DNA of 63,757 nucleotides, filler included, from Octopus bimaculoides (lineage: Eukaryota): assembly GCF_001194135.2 (NCBI RefSeq). It is 6 parts of 5 records of this genome, joined end to end, with 100 filler letters (N's around TTAATTAATTAA, not from the genome) between each part and the next. Parts side by side here need not be neighbours in the genome. Positions count along the whole stretch, not along the records: positions 58,922 to 62,236 come from NC_068986.1; positions 62,337 to 63,757 come from NW_026418493.1; 4 more parts are not named here. One strand, given 5' to 3'. A program made the position numbers and the translations under genes. Below the pieces are notes generated by a model. It was not told the DNA's origin and made no database searches. It worked only from the letters and a program-made list of their open reading frames with translations. Of the stretch, positions 62,086 to 63,757 are shown piece after piece. Position 1 is the first letter of the stretch, and each line of letters starts with the position of its first letter.

Positions 62086-63342
62086 GTATATATATATATA
62101 TATATATGGTGTATACTCAAAGCAATGAATAGTATTACTACGAAACCAGTATGCTTGTAAATCTCTTTAACAACTCACAATAATGACTTTTTTTACCTTT
62201 ATTCCCACCTCAGTTCATCTAATTGTATATATATATNNNNNNNNNNNNNNNNNNNNNNNNNNNNNNNNNNNNNNNNNNNNTTAATTAATTAANNNNNNNN
62301 NNNNNNNNNNNNNNNNNNNNNNNNNNNNNNNNNNNNTGAGCTGAATACCCTAACCACTAAACCATTGCACCATCACTGGAAATGGTGTCCTACCATGGAA
62401 TGGTTGGGAAAAGTGTTTCATGTGAGTTTTGAAGTGTGAACAAGATGCAAAAGCTGTGATGAAAGAAAGGCTGACGAGTGGAATCAACAGGGCCAGAGTG
62501 GAAATAGTAGCATGCTTTCTATTGTCTCAAGGAGCAGCTTTAGAGTGTAAGGGTCTGTACCCTCATCATCAGCATCATCACCATCATTGTTTAACGTCCA
62601 TTTTCCCATGCTGGCATGAGTTGGATGGTTTAACCAAACCTGGTAAGGCCAAGGGCCACACCTGGTTCCATTGTCTGTCCTGGCATGGTTTCTACCCTGT
62701 GAATGAATAAATCTTTGCCGTTATAGGGACAGGCATGGCTGCGTGGTAAGAACTTTGTTTCCCAGTAGCTGTATAGCACTTGGGCAAGTGTCTTCTATTA
62801 TATCCTTGGGCCAAACAAAGCTTTATGAGTGGATTTAGTAGACAGAAACTGAAAGAAGCCCATGNNNNNNNNNNNNNNNNNNNNNNNNNNNNNNNNNNNN
62901 NNNNNCACACACACACGCAGGGTGTAACAGGTAAATTAAGACCATTTAAATATTTTTATTATAATTGGTATAACTTGGAAAAATCAAACCCTGTAAATTT
63001 TATGTTTATGCCAATTTATTATGGAGTGTTTGACATTTATTTCAGTTAAATTTGACCTCCATTCCCATTCTTTACAAAATGGTACACATGCCTTAACTAC
63101 TTCTTCCTGCCATTTACTTTGCAGGGTAAGTGTAAGAGGCCAAATCTGGATAGTTTGGATCTAAAAGTGGTAGAATATTTTGGCCAGATATGGCCAGTTT
63201 GAATACAAAACAGTTAATATGTGCAAGGGGACCCTGCAATGCTGATCCCATATTTGTAGCTATAGAAATTACAACTATAATATTTCCTATATTTTCTATA
63301 ATATTGCTGAAAATGGAAACTTTCTGATTTCTCTGAATCCAG

Positions 63343-63468
63343 CTCAAAGATCATGTGGAGTCCATGAATTTACCTGTGATAATGGATATTGTGTTCCTGA
63401 GCATGACAAATGTGATTATGAGAATGACTGTTTTGATGGTTCTGATGAAAGTCTTGAACTGAACTGTG
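63343..63468 (+). CDS. LDL-receptor class A (complement-type) repeat exon of an unidentified gene ([41 protein letters not shown])
   Basis: 126 nt, phase 1-1, ccAG...GTaagt. Six Cys with LDLa spacing, plus FxCxNGxC and DC.DGSDE calcium-cage motifs. Missed by the ORF track. Confidence 0.92.
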
Positions 63469-63757
63469 GTAAGTAGACTAAACCTAAACATGGCAATTTA
63501 TTTTGCCAATTCTCTTTTTTCTTTCTTAACTGTTTGGATGATGAGTTGTAATTGATTAGATGAGATGCAATTAATTAGCACATTTAGATTGTTGATAATC
63601 TGGTCATCAACAGTTGTAAAAATAAGTAAAAATCTTTATAGCCAAATACCATGGCTGCATGGTTAGAAGCTTGCTTTCCAATTATTTGGTCCTGGGTTCA
63701 GTCCCACTGCATGGTACCTTGGGCAAGTGTCTTCTGTTGTAGCTGCAGGCTTACCAA

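Overview
Eukaryotic, gap-rich, repeat-dense genomic window. The SINE/LINE/MITE families, the very long AT/GT microsatellites and the gene sequence point to an octopus (coleoid cephalopod) draft assembly; this is inference, with no database check. It contains seven minus-strand coding exons (47443 to 33112; 735 nt, 245 codons, continuous frame, all GT-AG) of propionyl-CoA carboxylase alpha chain (PCCA, biotin-carboxylase domain) and one plus-strand LDL-receptor class A repeat exon (63343-63468) of an unidentified divergently oriented gene. I could not find PCCA's first exon or its 3' ~60% in the window. Five identical 100-bp cassettes (N44-TTAATTAATTAA-N44) are artificial contig-join linkers. 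The first lies 2.3 kb past the last PCCA exon and coincides with a sharp change from CpG-rich to CpG-poor DNA. The rest is decayed transposons: mariner, maT/DD37D-like, Tc1-like, piggyBac/hAT/Helentron-type MITEs, Penelope-like elements, RTE, Hero-like and R4/Dong-like LINEs, and three SINE families. The most interesting observations are inverted SINE heads bracketing a 351-nt, stop-free PCCA exon trio (circRNA candidate), minimal hammerhead-ribozyme cores, a PHD-like finger embedded in an RTE reverse transcriptase, a CTCF-like motif in the CpG-retaining block between the two genes, and several long hairpins. I found no convincing wholly new biological system; all functional claims are inferences needing tests.
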